From Octopus bimaculoides (lineage: Eukaryota): 64,000 bases of DNA. The stretch covers positions 11,453,815 through 11,517,814 of the forward strand of contig NC_068984.1 in assembly GCF_001194135.2 (NCBI RefSeq), read 5' to 3'. A program made the translations under genes and the position numbers. Shown piece by piece: positions 24,480 to 38,075 of the stretch. The notes under the pieces were generated by a model, which ran no database searches, was not told the DNA's origin, and was given only the letters and a program-made list of their open reading frames with translations. Positions within the stretch are counted from its first letter, which is position 1; each line of letters starts with the position of its first letter.

Positions 24480-24790
24480 ATCGTTTTAGAACGCCGCGCA
24501 TTTATTCTTGTCAAAATTATTGCTCTTTTTGAGAAGTTTTATTTCTTTTCTCTATTTATTTTGACAAATATTTGATAATATTTTGTCGTTGGTGACAGAA
24601 ATAATAATTTATGGCTGGAAGATGAAAGATTGACATCATAAAGCTGCGCATGTCAAGTAGACATCAACGCCATATTGCAAATGGTGAAGTCGGCTGCGTG
24701 GGAGCTGCTTACTTGTGTCGTGTAGAGAGAGAGAGAGTGAGAGAGAGAGATTTCAGTATCGTTATTAAAGGAAACAAAATTAAGAAGAAA
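24480..24790 (+). promoter_or_regulatory. ARGLU1 promoter / 5' UTR region
   Basis: CpG-retaining. NRF1-like TGCGCATG at 24645-24652, YY1-like CGCCATATT at 24668-24676, (GA)n tract before the ATG. The motif roles are inferred. Confidence 0.5.
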
Positions 24791-24975
24791 ATGGGACGAT
24801 CAAGAAGTCGTAGTCGATCAACAAGCAGGACGAGACATCGTGCAAAACACAAGAAAAGGCGCACTAGGTCACGTTCACGGTCTGCGTCCAGAGATCGCAT
24901 CCATAGTCTCAGTCGGCATCACAGTAGCAGCAGAGTCCAACGGTCTCGGTCGAAAGATAGAAAACGAGTTGCCAG
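24791..24975 (+). CDS. ARGLU1: ARGLU1 exon 1 (RS-rich N-terminus)
   Basis: MGRSRSRSRSTSRTRHRAKHKKRRTRSRSRS...KDRKRVA, donor AG|gttcgt, phase 2 matches the next exon. Confidence 0.9.
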
Positions 24976-27293
24976 GTTCGTTGCTCTTCCTTTCTTCTCC
25001 TCCTCTGCATCAGATTTATCTATGCTTCTATCTATGTGTGCTTTGTTCTACATAATTTCGCAAGCTAGCCTGCTTAGCTTACCCTAAACAGCCATTCTGT
25101 GGAGATAAACCACATGGGAATGGAATTATTTTCACAAATTGCTTCTTACAAATGTATTTGTTTCGATTTACTTTTAAAATCTTTCTTTCCCGTCAAAAGT
25201 ATATTCCTAATAATCTCTCAAACTTTTGCCATCATCCTGTATATTTTAAATATTAAATCAGTGTTTCATTAAGGTGAATGATGGTTGTATATTGAGAATC
25301 TAAAAATATAAATAGATCTCATCAATGACTGCATCAAGTTCAAATTAGAAAATTCCCTCCAAATTCTTTCCCTCGTTATTCGACCCTAAACAATGAGTGG
25401 CATTCTAACCTAGTTCGACTTGCAAGAAATAACTGTCAAATCCTTCCTCAGATCGCACCTCACCATCTTCAAACAGTAGAAGCACAAACTGGATAATGAA
25501 GTTCTTGGAGATAGCATTAAAAAAACGAAAAAAGTCAGTGTGTTCACGACTGGAATGGTTAAGCTTATGAAGAAGACCTATGAGCAAAAGTACATTCCAA
25601 CCACGAGCGTCCCACCTTATAATATTTTATAACAGATACAAGCGAGACAGCTTCTATGTGGTAGCTTGCAGGGCGAGAAACAGCAGCCAAACCTTTCACA
25701 TAACTTATCGTATTAAATAAAGTACAGTGAACAAAATAGTCTCTTAAGATACTCAGAAAAAATGGGATGGCCACGATTGGAATATATTTTGCTTATAAGT
25801 CGCTATTCAATCGGGGGGGGGGTGATATTGTAGCGATACACACCACACGCACACACACATATTTGGTTCCTTGTTAAAACTTAATTAGCTAATTATTTTG
25901 TATTGGAAATCTATTTTTCATAATGTCGAATTAATATTTGGCTTTTTAGAATCTCTTGTTCTGATGTCTGTTTATCATTTGCAACTGTTGTTCTTTGTGT
26001 GTTGTCGATTGATCGATATATCGATATATTAAAACAGTACATCCTCAAGTGTATAACATTTCTCAATTACATTAACACAGTACTGATGTTCTTCAAGATA
26101 AAGAGAATCATTGATTTCTTGGAATGGGGTCAGTAAAGCCATTAAGATCAAGGAGTTTTAATGGATTAGGCTTCGAAGATCTTTGTGTAGAACAAACTAA
26201 GACTGAAGGTGGTGGAGCTATCTTAGATTTTATTATTTTAAATTTTTACCTCAGCTTTGTCCATTGTCTCATTGAATAAAGCTAGAGTTCGTCATTAGAG
26301 AATATCTATTATCTGTGTACATATATGCATGTGTGTGTACGAAATGCATTTTCGGTTTAACCCCCTCCCCCAGTATTTCTTGTTATCCCCTCTCTTCTCT
26401 GTATGATTCCTGAAGTTAAATTCTATACGGTAGTTGTTCCTTAGCCCTAGGCATGCTCTTATCTAGCAAAATTTTAATCAAAGACACTTCATCTGTGACC
26501 ATTCGTCTTTTAGTATGTCCATGTCATTTCATTTTGTTAGGGTGGGGTATGAATTGGTGATGATTTGACTCATGTTTTTACCAGGTCAAACGACAATGTA
26601 AAACCCATTTTGACGGTGGTAACGTCGAACCAGTGATGTGTGCAACATCTTAGTCCGTGTTGTGTGTACACGTAGACATAAGTACACAGTGTTAGTGTGT
26701 TAATGTGTGAACTGAGGAGACACCAGTTATTGTTCTCCTTCAAACGATATGCAGGGACATTCATTTCGTACAAAACACAAAGCCCAATTTTGTTAATTCG
26801 ACTGTGTCAGTCATGCCCTTCCTTACAACGTTAGTGACATTGATCCGTCACGTTTCCTACATTAATACGTAAAAATTATTTGTGCATTTATGAACACTAC
26901 GCACTCAAAACAGACGCTAAATAATTACACACAAACGCACTCGTGTATAATTCGAGAAAATTGGATGGTATAATTATACGAGTGTACAAAGAGAATAAAA
27001 TTGTAACTTTTTCTTTTTTTTTTTTTGCAGATAAAAATAAAAGTTAGGCACATCGTATTCGACATAGCAATTTAGTCGAGTAAACACGGTAGTTATATTT
27101 GATCTGCGATCGATCGCATTTTTGATTATGGATCTTCAAATCGTCTGTAGCCTTAAGACTATTCTAGAGAGTCTGTCAATTTTTTATTCCCAAGTTGTAT
27201 GTAAATACGAAGTGTATTTACTTTTTCTTTGAAGAATTAGCCCATATTTATGTCTTCGTCAATTTATCTGCTACATCAGCTTCAATTTATCTA

Positions 27294-27670
27294 GGCGCAG
27301 GCGTGGCTGTTTGGTTAAGAAGTCTTGCTTCCCAACTCTGGTTTTGGCGTTAACCCGATCCGACCAAAGCCGTACGAGTGGATTTGGTATACGGAAACTG
27401 AAAGAAGCCCGCCTTGTATTTATATGTGTCTGCTTGTGTGTATCCATATCCAGATATCACGTGATAGTTGTAAATGAACATCATTGTCATACAAGTGACA
27501 TTGTTTCCATTCTGTGAAAAATATGTCAAGTAATGGGAAAATATTACGGCGATCGCCATTACTATCCTGCTTGGAAACAGGTGAAAGGCATTCGACAATA
27601 GAAAATCTGCCTCAGTAAATTCCGTCTGACCCATGCAAGCATGAAAAAGTGGACGTTAAATGATGATGAT
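27294..27670 (+). mobile_element. SINE with tRNA-like head and (GAT)n tail (composite family)
   Basis: Head ggcgcaggcgtggctgtttggttaagaag is shared with the 15110 family. The tail gacccatgcaagcatgaaaaagtggacgttaaatgatgatgat is shared with the RTE-type family. Confidence 0.75.
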
Positions 27671-30249
27671 ATAAATGTGAGAGAAAGAATGAGCAGGCCA
27701 CAATAGTACCTTTTTAATGGATATGTCTAGTATATGATAATGTAAGATAATTTTCCTCATTAAAATGTTAGCAGTGCAGTTGTTCATACAACTATCAGTT
27801 AATTAGTTAAGTAGGATTGAATGATTTTTTTTTATACACTACTTGTATTTAGAGGCTATACATATATGGTGTTGTTTATCTTTTTAGTCAAGTATAATCC
27901 TTTGTTATTGACTAATTGCTTTGTTGTGCAACTCAGAAGGTTGTCAAAACATATAAGCATGTTTGAGAATTTTCAGTAAGTTGAATTTCTATAGCCTTTC
28001 AGTAACATTTTAATTGCTGTTTATTAATAGAGACTAACCAGATGGATGATATATTAACTGCTAAATAAGATTAAATCACTCTGTAGCTGTCGTTTTAGTA
28101 TATTTGTATTAATAAATAATGTACAGGGATGATCAGGACTTCATATGTGTGCAAATACTAGTAACAGAACTGTTAATCTCACTGCCCCAGTCATTCAATT
28201 TATCCAAGTAGAAAGAAAGCCAAAGGTGCAAGTCCTTATATCAACATTTAATGTCTGTCTTCCATCCTAGAATAGATTAAACAGTTCAACAAGATCCAGT
28301 GAGCCAGAGAATTGTGTTGCATTTCAATGCCTGTTTTGGCATTGTTTCTATGGCTGGGTGGCCTTCCTAATGCTAATCACTTTACAGAGTGTATTGGGTG
28401 TTGTTTTAGTGGCAGAGGCATTAGTATTATCGCTGAGTAATTAAAGAAAAGACCATCGAGTGGGGTTGTAGTAAAAGAGGAACAAGCGGAGGTGCCTTGC
28501 TGTAGAGGAGATATGTAGCTACCTTTTATTATATAAGAGAGAATGAGGGTTGCTGGAAAGAAGGCAATGAGGGTTGTGATGAGATGTCAGCATGCTCTCA
28601 AGGTGCAAAAAGAGGAGAATATGAACAAAGAATGGGAAGTGTGGGTGGATGAGTTCATTAGAATATAGATGGAGAGTTGGTTACACCCATCTCTAACCAT
28701 TTGTCACTTTTTTCTCCTTTCTGGTACAAAGATACTCTAATTAGCAATTTGGCAGAGTCATTAGATCTTTGGATTGATTGCTCCACAGTATTTGTTTCAA
28801 CTCTTGTTCAAATCCTGCTGATGTCAACTTTGGAGGTTGAAAAAACAAATAGCCATCCTGCGTGGTGAATTGGCCAAGCCGTTGAAGTGTCGGATGGAAG
28901 AGTTGTACTTATGGTATTTGCAGTTGGTTATTTCAGAAGAGCAGGGGACATTAATGTAACTATATCGGGAAGAGGGCACAACATAACTATGATTTTGTGG
29001 ATGGAGCATATCAATGACAGTAACTTTGCTAATAAAGCTTACTGGCCTTTTTAATGTACATGGACATCTTAAGATATCTGTGTGTGTGTGACAGCAGTGC
29101 TGTCCTAAATATATGATGAACTTTACTCTGACATGGGTTTTAAGCTTTACAAAGAATCAGCAACTGATAATGGCTGAAGTACTTCTTAGCTCCAAATAAG
29201 AAACCTAGTTTTTGTGAGGCATGGTATATATGTATATATGAGGTTGTTATAAGAAGTTTTCAGCATTCACAAAACTTAGCATTTGTAGAGGTGCTAATCT
29301 AGAAAATGTGAGGCTCTTGATATGTGTGGAAACTGCAGGGTCTGTTGAAAGATAAACTTATGCTCTTGTTGAAGGATGTTTTCAAGATGGCTTATCATGG
29401 ATTCAGCTGTATATGCTTGTCATCATGGAGTATTGTACTGAAGACTAAGGAGTGTATGTTGTTAGAAGTGACAATAGGTAGGTTTATGTAGGGTGGGGTG
29501 TAACTGAACCTTGGAACATATTATCAATGGAATGTTTGTTGGAGTAAATTCTGTTGATCTATACTTACAATCCAAGAGATTGACCTGGCTCTACAGAAAT
29601 ATTTTACAGTTCATCTCCACTCTCTAAATTGCAGGATGTAAAACACTGAATGTGAAGACACATGGCGATAGACTCACACATACATATACCTATAACATGT
29701 TTCTTTGCAATTTCTGTCTTCCAAATTTTATTCAGAACGTACTGGTCAGCATGAGGCCATAGTAGTAGACATTTTCCCAAAGTGCCATGTAGGGATTGAA
29801 CCCAAAACAATGTGGTTGCAAAGTGCACACATTCACAGTAAAATATTTTTTGTTTGAGATATTAGAAAACAATTGAATTTGAGATATTGGTTTTGGCATG
29901 CAATGGTTACCTTTAGGTAGGTATATGTAAGACAGTGAATAATGTTGTGGCAGCTTATAGTGAATGTAGATGGTAGTTTTGAGGAAACTCAGACTTTTGA
30001 ATCACAGAAATTAAATGAAGAATTAGATTGTATGAAGACATACCGGTCTGTTGATTCAGCCAATTTATGATAATGTGAGGGACAAAATGTTGAAGTGTGC
30101 TGATTTTGATATTAAGTTTTTGTAGATTTCAAAGATTAGGATGAATTGTTAAAACATACAATTCTTGAAAAACATATTTCAGGAAACTTTCCAAGTGAGA
30201 AATTTAGAGAATTGAATGGGGTTAAGTTTGAGAACATGGTGTTAGTTTG

Positions 30250-30520
30250 TTCTTTGTGGAATGATCAAGACCTTTGACAATATACTGTGCTTGTGTAGAC
30301 CTGTCAAGCCAAGTGAGTGGCCAGTGTCAGATCAATGGCATCCATGCTGGTGACAATGTAAAAAACACCCACTACCCTCTCGGAATGGTTGGCATTAGGA
30401 AAGGCATCCAGCTGGAGAAACCTTACCAACTCAAATCGGAACCTGGTGCAGCTTACCAGTTTTCAGTCAAATTGTCCAACCCATGCCAGCATGGAAAACA
30501 TACATTAAATGATGATGAAG
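30250..30520 (+). mobile_element. 5'-truncated RTE-type LINE 3' end
   Basis: caagacctttgacaatatactgtgcttg ... catggaaaacatacattaaatgatgatga. Confidence 0.7.
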
Positions 30521-32717
30521 AGAACAGACATCCATTAGATGTAGCTGAGCTATTGCTAAACTAACAGTTTTATCAGTTCAATAATTTAGAATACATTGGG
30601 CCTCGTGAACAATTAATTATACATTTGTGAGATGATTTATTAAACGAAATACATTATGTTCTTAGGTAACTTACTGCTGTTAGAGCCATCATTTTGTAGC
30701 ATGAAATATTTGGAAACTAATGCTTTTTTGTTTTTGTATAAATATTAAACTATATAATGTTTTTATCAGAAAAGTTGTGATGCAACCATGCGAAGCAGTA
30801 ACACTAAAAGCTATGCTAACTGGAGAAGAAGCAGCTATTTATGACCTGTTGTCTGAGTATTAGAGGTATTAGAGAGATTATGTTATTGATATGAACCTGC
30901 CAAGATTGGAATGTGTCTATTCAATGAAACAGTACTTTCATTCATAGAGCAGTGAAGTTTCGAGGCAAGATGATTAGCTTGGAGATTAGGAAGTTAGGCC
31001 TTGTAACTAAAATGAGAATGGATAAAGATTATTGAAGATATTATCTTGCAGAATCTTTAAAAAAAAAAAATTGATATTGGCCAATATAGCATTTTCAGGT
31101 GTTGAAATAACTTTCTATTTTAAGTTGTTTTGGATATTAACTTGTAGCCTCAGTGCATAATTTTGGAATAGAAAATTAAGAACATGAAATAATCTGTAGA
31201 ATATAGGTTAGTGGTGGGTTGGGATGTCAGCACAGATTGGTTATAAATATGAATACAAGAAGAATATATTGATGTGTTGTGAGAAGTAATGATTAATGTT
31301 TTAATTTAGACTCTATATCAGTGAATATAGTGTTTACTTGAATATTAGTTTCATTTATATTTATACTTTAAAAGGTAGCTGTGTGTATATAGTGAGAAAG
31401 TGAAAGAGAGAGACTGTTATGGTTTTAACATCTATTTTTTCATGCTTGTATGAGTCTAATCAGAGTATGTTGGAGCAGAATTTTCTTTGGCTGGATGCTC
31501 TTCTTGTTGCCAACCCACACTATTTTTCAAGTGGTGTTGTAATCTCCCAGTCAATCGAGCAACAAGCAGCCCAGGCATGTTTATATGGAGAACTAGAAAC
31601 AAATGACACCATATGGACAAGCCTTTTATTTATAAAGGTGTACAACATGTCAAGAAGCTCAGACATGGTTTTAGTGTGGACTACAAGCAAACAATACCTG
31701 TTCCCCAGTCCCTATCCATCTTACATTCACCCTCTTTTTCTTTAAAGGTACACCCAGACACCTTATCACCACCATCCTTTCTCCTTTTTCAGCTTGTCTT
31801 TTAGATGTATCTCATCTACTGCAAAACACCTGTTCCTATCCTTCTATCACAGTGCTCCGCAGCTGGTATGCTGCAGCTCACTGATGTGCCATAAGATGAT
31901 GTTAGATGTGCCACAGTGTAACCTGAATATATTTTTTCCCTATACTTTTAGTTATATTTTTAACTCAGGTGTGTCACTGAACTTTGAAAACAATATTAAC
32001 TGTACTGCAAGTGAAAAAAGGTTGCAGAGCTCTGCTGTATCATACTATTGCTTCTCAACACCTGGCATAAAGCCACCTCCTTCAAAAGTACACCCCTTTC
32101 AACCAAAGGGTTTTGTCTTGTGAGCTACTTGGTGACCTCACTAGTGCTGGTAACACAAAAAAAAAAAAGCATCCAGTGCACTCTGTAAAGTGGTTGGCAT
32201 TAAGAAAGGCTTCCAACTGCAAAAACCGTGTCGAAGCAGACATGGGAGCTCAATGCAGTCCTCTGAGCTGTTGGATCCTATCAAACCATCCAAGCCTTGC
32301 CTGCATGGAATATGGTTTTCTGAATGATGACGATTATGATAATTGATAACAATTATATTTTATAGGAGCATTCATCATCATCATCATCATCATCATCATC
32401 TTCGTTTAACGTCTGCTTTCCATGCTGGCATGGGTTGGACGGTTTGACTGGGGACTGGCAAGCCAATGTTATATCAGTAATGATAATAAATGTAAGAAGT
32501 CAGTATTTTAAAAAAGTTGAGATGGAATTTGAATTATTTCTTGTTTTCTCTGCAATGTTGGATTCATGTCTTATTTGTGTTAATTACGTGTCTTCTATCT
32601 AACCATCTAAGTTTTGATCTAGTTACTACTTTTATTTTGAAATTGTCATCAATTCTACAATACTTTACATCCAACACTTCTTTTCTGATTGCTTATTATG
32701 ATAGTACATACAACATC

Positions 32718-33125
32718 CATCATCATCATTTAACATCCGTTGTCCATGCTGGCATGGGTTGGACAGTTTGACCAGGGCTGGCAAGCTGCACCAGACTCCA
32801 GTCTGATTTGGCATCGTTTCTACAGCTGGATGTCCATTCTAACGCCGACCACTCTAAGAGTGTAATGGGTGCTTTTACGAACCACCAGCACAGGTGCTAT
32901 TTGTGGGACACCAGTATCTGCCACAACTGTGATTTTACTTGGCTTGATGGGTCTTCTCAAGCATGACATAATGCCAAATGTCTCAGTCATTGTCTCTGTG
33001 AGGCCCAACGCTTGAAAGGAGGTGTTCATGTGTCACCAGCATCAGCTACTTTGCCTCCATGAGGCCCAATGCTTGGAAGGTGCTTTTTATGTCACTGTCA
33101 CAGATGTCAATTATGTGGCACCAGC
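32718..33125 (-). mobile_element. 5'-truncated RTE-type LINE 3' end
   Basis: The reverse strand retains the degraded ORF end (TETMT...LRRP..PSK) and the (GAT)n tail. Confidence 0.7.
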
Positions 33126-33924
33126 AACTATTCTAAACCGAAACATTATCTACTTCTGCATTTAAATTATCTCAAGTTATTATTCTGCATCCAGTGGAAT
33201 AATACCTTAATTTCCTAAACTCTTTAATACTCTTTCTTTGATAGCTCTATTTCATGCCTGTGCACCATCTTCTGAGACATGTTAAATAGTCTATACTTCG
33301 TAAGAGAATTCTTCAGTTTTCAACAGAGCAGTTACCAAAGCTTGTACCACTCAAATAACAACCTACCTAGACACCAAGTTTTTGCTAGCTCAACTTCAGC
33401 TCAAATTAAACTACTTGATAAATATTTTATAATTGGCAGCCAGCTGTAAAAACAATTGCTTCAAACAAAACCATTCCACTCACTGCCAGCAAAGATATGT
33501 GGGTGTAAAACAGTAGAATTCTATTATCTAAATAAATCTATCTATTTACACTTAAGAGAATGTATTTATCATCTTCAATAAATCATTTCAGATGGTGTCT
33601 ATTTGATGTCTTATCTTTCTGATTAAACTACTGCTACATTTAGTATTCTCAGCCTTATAGAAGTCTTGATATACATCTAATCACCACTGATTAGACAAAG
33701 TGATTAATGCAAGTTTTGCTTAAAAGAAAGTTGTGACAGACGTATTTAAAGTGGGAGTGACATAATTGCAGCTCCTAAGAATTGGACTGATGATATAATA
33801 AGAAAGTCAAATCTAAGCAAAGCATGTTTGTGAAATATAAATTAAAACCTTTTATGGGGTTTATGAAGCAACCTTTTTTTTTGCTTAATGTGATCTTATT
33901 AGGGAAGGCGTAGTTGAGCCCTGT

Positions 33925-34159
33925 TTAACTCAGTAGCATCAGATTAGGTTACTGTTTCAAATGTAATGTTTATTTATTCACATTTGTTTTGTATTAATCC
34001 TACATTGTCTCATAGTTTCAAGATTTTGATGATGTGATTGTTTATATTTAGATTGACATTGTAGGGTAGGTATGAGACCAGATCTGGCTGGTTTGAACAT
34101 AGAACAGGTAGAATAAATATTTGGGCTGGATATTGCTGGTTTAAATGCTGAAGAGTTAA
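33925..34159 (-). mobile_element. piggyBac-type MITE, degraded
   Basis: ttaactcagtagcat ... aatgctgaagagttaa. Interior homologous to 3439-3656. Confidence 0.65.
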
Positions 34160-37079
34160 AGATTGAAAAATCACTACCAGGTCTTGCTTGTATTAATCAT
34201 TAAATTTTCAACTGTGTATGGCCCTATATACAGTTTAGTCACAAAGCTCAACAGTATTATATTTGACTTAACTTCCTATGCTAGTAAACTGCTTTTTTAT
34301 CCTATGGATTAATCCTTTTGATACCAACCTGCCCAAAACAGCCCTTGGCTTTATGATACAAACTTTTTTTTGCAGGGATCTAAAATAAGGCCTTCCACCA
34401 AACTTTCATGTAAAATTATTCTCAAAACAACAGCTTAATAATGACAAAGTAATTTGAGTAAATTCTCCATTATGTTAAAAATTAATTAAAAGAAAGGCAG
34501 TATATTTCAACAGAAATATAACAAAATTTTAAGTCTCAAATATAAACTTGCACCAATTTCTATTTTTAGCCTTGTTAAGACAAAATTTTTATAATAACCA
34601 AGAAATATTTCAGTCTCTCACAGTTGTTTACTTCTTTAAGTTATAAATGTTTCACATTGAAATATTGCATCTCTTGACATCTTAAACTCCATTTACTTGA
34701 TCGTGAATTCTACTATCCATAAATACTTATGTGCTATAATTATTTCTGTCCCTTTATCTTACTATTGATTCTTTAATGAATTTTGCCCCTTTGAGTTTTC
34801 AGCCTGGACTGCTATTCAAACTTACCCTACTCTGTCAGTTAATATTGTCTTGTGCCAGACATTAACGAATCCCTATAAAATTCATATCTTTTTGTGATAT
34901 GGCTTTTTTCTTTTATGATACAACAAAACAAAAAGTGAGAGAGGGAGAAATTTTATTGATTATAAATATGTCATATAATATATTTAATTTCATACATATG
35001 TGGCATTAATTAATCAATTGCAAAAATGTGTTTTAAAATAGAAATTCAAAAGTATGTCAGTATTCTTGAAACCCAGTACAAATGTATGATTTAAAAATTG
35101 GGTTTTTACTGTTAGTAAAAGAAAAATAATTGATAATGCCATCAATAAAAGGTATCTTTTACCTGTTTCCGTCATTGGACATATCAGCTCCAATTGTTTT
35201 ATTTTTTAAAGTTTGGTACTTACTGTACTAGTATCTTTTGCGGAACTGCTAAGTTATAGGAGTGTAAACAAGCCATTGCTGTTGTCAAGCAATGGCTGGG
35301 AAACAGACAACACACACACACACTGCATGGTTCCTTGGGCAAGTATCTTCAGCTATAGCCTCAGGCTGGCCAAAGCTTTGTGAGTGGATCTGGTAGACAC
35401 AAGCTGAAAGTAGCCTGTTTTTGTATCTGTGTGTGTGTGTGTGTTTGTCACTCGCCACTGTTTGACAACTGGTGAAATGCTGGGATTGATTTGTATGACT
35501 AATATTCTTCAAAGTGGTACTCCAGCATGGCTGCAGTCTAATGACTGGAACAAGCAAAAAATAAAAGACACACACATGCACCAAGCTTCCATAGCTTCTG
35601 TCAACTAAATCCACCCACAAGGTATTAGTCAGCCCTGAACTATAGTAGAAGGATACTTGCCCTAGGTGCTGCATAGTGGGACTGAACCTGAAACCAGAGT
35701 TGCCAAGCAAGTTTCCTAACCACATAAGCATGCCTGAACCTGTAACCATAATTGTATGAAAATCATTTGTCAGGTACCATTTTTTGTTTAAAAAGATATT
35801 TTTCTTAATTACAGAGTAGAGATAGTTTGACGTATTTCAGTAAACTTCTTGCATGTGAAGTGTATTAGTTGCATTGTAACAAACTATATTGCATTAGATC
35901 TAAAATTGATTTGTAAGAGATGTGGAAGGATTAAAGGTGGACTTATGATGACAGTATAGAGTCACTTGATGTATAACTGACAGATGTTTCAGTATCCTGT
36001 AAATGCAACTACATTTGAAGAGGGAGAGTTGGCAATAAGCATAAGGTGTGTAGTTAAAAAGCTGCTGTTGTTTTTCATAACAAAGCCATCCTATCTTTCT
36101 CTTCACAGGAAAGAGAGTATATGGTAACACTGTTAGATTTAATTGTAATGTTAGACATGCTCAGTTGTCTCAGGAGATCTAAATTGATAGTTGTTTAACT
36201 GTTAACATATAAATAAAAGGTAAACTTATTTACATTAGTAAGGAGTAAGATGAATGATAACAAATGTTTCTGCTGATATTCAGCCTCAAGAGAGTTGTCT
36301 AACTTGCCAGAAATAGCAGTAAAATCCCCTTCAGTTAACACTCTACCATTTTCAAAAGGGAAGATCATATACCTAGGTAGTCCTAGGTATAATGTATCTG
36401 AAAATTGCTCAAAATATAAATCCCATTTATATTTTGTTCCCTGTTTCTTGCGAGTATGCCCTGGCACTTTGCCACCGTCTCTCTCCTGCTCTCTCGCTCT
36501 CTTCCATTCTCTCTCTCCCTCTGAGTGGGTAACCATGTATCTCTACAACTTACCTGTTTCTGTCCTCATACTTGATCTCTCTCTCTCTCTCTCTCTCCGG
36601 GTAACCATGTATCTTCTCTGCAGTAAAACACCTGTTTCTTTCTCTCTGTCAAACTTTAACCTTTCATCATCTGGCACAAGATCACCTCCTCCAATGCCCT
36701 TTCAAAGGGTCTTTTTTTGCAGGTTACTTAGTGACTCTGCCAGTGCTGGTGCCATGTAAAAAGCATCCAGTCCACACTGTAAAGTGGTTGGCATTTGGAA
36801 GGGCATCCAGCTATAAAAACCATGCCAAAACTGACCTTACCTGTGCTGGTGCCATGTAAAAAGTACCCAGTACATTGCTGGCTGGTTGGTGTTAGGAAGG
36901 GCATCCAGCCATAGAAACCATGCCAGACCAGACACTGAAGCCTGGTGCGGTATTCTGCCTAGCCAGCTCTTGTCAAACCATTCAACCCATGCCAGCACGG
37001 AAAGTGAATGTTATCATCCGAAGCACCTTTAAATCAGAAGTCTGTCGGACTAGCATGTAGGAAATGAGTTAGTAAAAAA

Positions 37080-37800
37080 TGTAACGACCGGTGCATGCAG
37101 TAGGTAAACACTAGGATCTCTGACAATCTGTCAGAGATACAAGGCTTAGACATACAGGTGGTAGAATGAGTACTTGTAAGGTGAATTCCTAGTATTGCTG
37201 GGCTGGCTCACTTGAGGGATTAACAGCATGTTATCTGTGTGATCTGTTTAGTGCTGGAGGTAACTTTAGTGTCAGTAAGAAATAGCTGGAAGAAAATGAC
37301 AAAAGAGGTTCCTCTCTTTTGGGAAAAGGCAGACAACAATAATAATTGGTTGTGAAATATTGGCATTGAATGTTGTGGAGCTGTAGAAGCTTGAGAGAAG
37401 TCTATTAAATATGACCTACTGCATGTACAACATTAACTTGTAAGGAATTCAAAGAACATGTGAATTGAGAGCTAGGCATGAAAGGCCTCAGCTGAATAAG
37501 TGCAGAAGACCAGTGCACTGGATATGTGTTAAGTGAGTTAGATGTACCTATAGCTGTAGGTACTTAGTACTGGAGAAAAATATGGGGAAAAATAGTGAGA
37601 TTGGGTAACTGCAGATGATAGGGCACAGGATCAAGGGGAGTGTTGATATGCCTTTCTACAGACCCCTGTCCAACCCCTATTTGTACTGGTAACCCTCCCC
37701 CCATTGAGGATCATTGATGTGATTTATAGACCTATCTCATTGGATGTAAATGTCAGTCCTAAGGTATTTCTTTTTTGCTCCAACCAAACATTCAAACCAG
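37080..37800 (-). mobile_element. Possible heavily decayed non-LTR reverse transcriptase remnant
   Basis: Only a GVGQGSV motif (GVPQGS-like) at about 37658-37678. No open frame. Confidence 0.3.
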
Positions 37801-37964
37801 AAACTATTGAAGTGTGTTGTGGTAGATACTAATTTTAGGTAAAGGTTATGTAACATTCTATTAATTACAGAATATTGTATTTAATTAAAGGTATGATATT
37901 GTGGATATTTCTAATATTTTTCACCTTTCAAAATGTTATTCTAAGTGTTTGTTTATATTTACAG

Positions 37965-38075
37965 GCGGCGATCATATTCTTCTAGTAGTTCAAGTAGTGA
38001 TGAAGATCTTATTATTCGTGCTAAACGTCGGGAAGAGGAGGAAAAGAAAGCTGAATTGGAAAAACAGAGAATTTT
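37965..38075 (+). CDS. ARGLU1: ARGLU1 exon 2
   Basis: ttacag|G CGG CGA... encodes RRSYSSSSSSDEDLIIRAKRREEEEKKAELEKQRI, donor TT|gtaagt. REEEEKKAE is an ARGLU1 hallmark. Confidence 0.92.

Noticed and set aside
24650-24790. Upstream in-frame ATG extending ARGLU1 (ORF 24650-25087)
   Set aside because: The extension runs through a (GA)n tract and promoter-like motifs. The family starts MGRSRS at 24791.
26631-26717. Possible C/D snoRNA (GTGATGT ... CTGA) in ARGLU1 intron 1
   Set aside because: Imperfect C box, only a 2-bp terminal stem, no rRNA-complementary guide recognised.
28400-31300. Purine-rich, non-repetitive-looking intronic tracts
   Set aside because: Probably very old LINE debris, but I could not support it with any motif.
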